From a virus, in IMG/VR virus record IMGVR_UViG_3300005077_000006, positions 1-64,000 of that record: 64,000 nt of DNA, one strand, 5' to 3'. Below the pieces are notes generated by a model. That model was not told the DNA's origin, did no database searches, and was given only the letters and a program-made list of their open reading frames with translations. Shown here piece by piece: positions 63,476-64,000 of the stretch (position 1 is its first letter; every line of letters starts with the position of its first letter). The position numbers were made by a program, and so were the translations under genes.

Positions 63476-63918
63476 GGCTTCACCAGCTTCAGCTTCATCT
63501 GCTGAAGCCCTTCCTTCTCCTTCCGCTTGAGTCTCTCCCTGACCATCTTCTGCCACGCGGTCAGGAAGTTCCTCCGCTGCAGGTGGTAGTTCCGCGCCGT
63601 GTAGAACAGGTACGGCGGGTCCTCGGACTGATGCCCTCCCGCTAGGAAGTGCATCTTCAGGTACTGCACCCTCTCCTTCGGGAACCAGCAGATGTGATCG
63701 CCATCTCTCTCCCGGTCCCCGTCGGGATTCGCGCACATGAAGTAGACTCCCCGGGCCTCACCTTGCAGTTGGAATAGGTAGTCGTTGAGGTGGGAGTCGG
63801 TTTCGTGGTGGCACCGCAAGTCTAGGGCGTCCCGCTGCTCTTCCGGGGATGCGTCCTCTGGTAGTCCGAGGAGACGCAGCTTCTCCACCTCTAGGTAGAG
63901 TGATTCCCCTCGTTTCAT
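63472..63918 (-). CDS. hypothetical protein
   Basis: AAGGAG RBS; convergent with the portal gene (shared CTAG). Confidence 0.6.
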   Translation of the reverse strand: MKRGESLYLEVEKLRLLGLPEDASPEEQRDALDLRCHHETDSHLNDYLFQLQGEARGVYFMCANPDGDRERDGDHICWFPKERVQYLKMHFLAGGHQSEDPPYLFYTARNYHLQRRNFLTAWQKMVRERLKRKEKEGLQQMKLKLVKP

Positions 63919-64000
63919 GATCGTACTCCTTGTCTATGCGGTACCCAGGATCCTCTTCCCCTCCTCCAAGTCTCCTTCCCCGAAGTGGTAGCTTGTGCAG

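Noticed and set aside
1-64000. Stop-codon reassignment, as seen in some large phages
   Set aside because: Genes are full length under the standard code; TAG, TGA and TAA all terminate coupled genes.
1-64000. CRISPR array, tRNA genes, DGR/retron, integrase
   Set aside because: By eye I found no spaced direct repeats, cloverleafs, reverse transcriptase or recombinase motifs, and intergenic space is minimal. A tRNA or covariance scan was not run.

Overview
This window is a 64 kb slice of a large, GC-rich (about 65% by eye) tailed phage genome, probably a myovirus or jumbo phage. Weak hints (a stand-alone MshEN protein, membrane-anchor style) point to a Myxococcota/deltaproteobacterial host. The plus strand (1-40.4 kb and 57.4-63.5 kb) carries virion genes: baseplate/tail proteins, a beta-helix tailspike, holin/spanin-like proteins and a probable portal. 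The minus strand (40.4-57.3 kb) is a compact replication/recombination operon: SF2 helicase, family-4 UDG, DUF932-like, Hfq-like, DnaB-like helicase, primase, Zn-rich SSB, PolA, HU, RecA, Hjc-like and RusA-like resolvases, and a Cas4-like nuclease. The most striking signal is a set of non-structural-looking proteins among the virion genes. They are built as polyproteins whose unrelated enzyme domains (LigD 3'-phosphoesterase plus ATP-dependent ligase, GT-B glycosyltransferase, permuted NlpC/P60, cupin, pyrophosphatase-like) and glycine-zipper segments are delimited by a K-x-[A/G/S] motif, often within an (F/L)xxELxKx(A/G) helix. I infer a protease-processed, capsid-packaged cargo system. Other highlights are a dnaX-style -1 frameshift signal in a helix-extension-helix (HeH) protein gene, an MshEN protein coupled to a holin-like gene, an Hfq-like gene with a hairpin-occluded RBS, and Zn-ribbon insertions in RecA and the portal. 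Many starts were moved from the ORF track to the RBS-supported or coupled codon. All family assignments are from motif recognition only; no searches were run.
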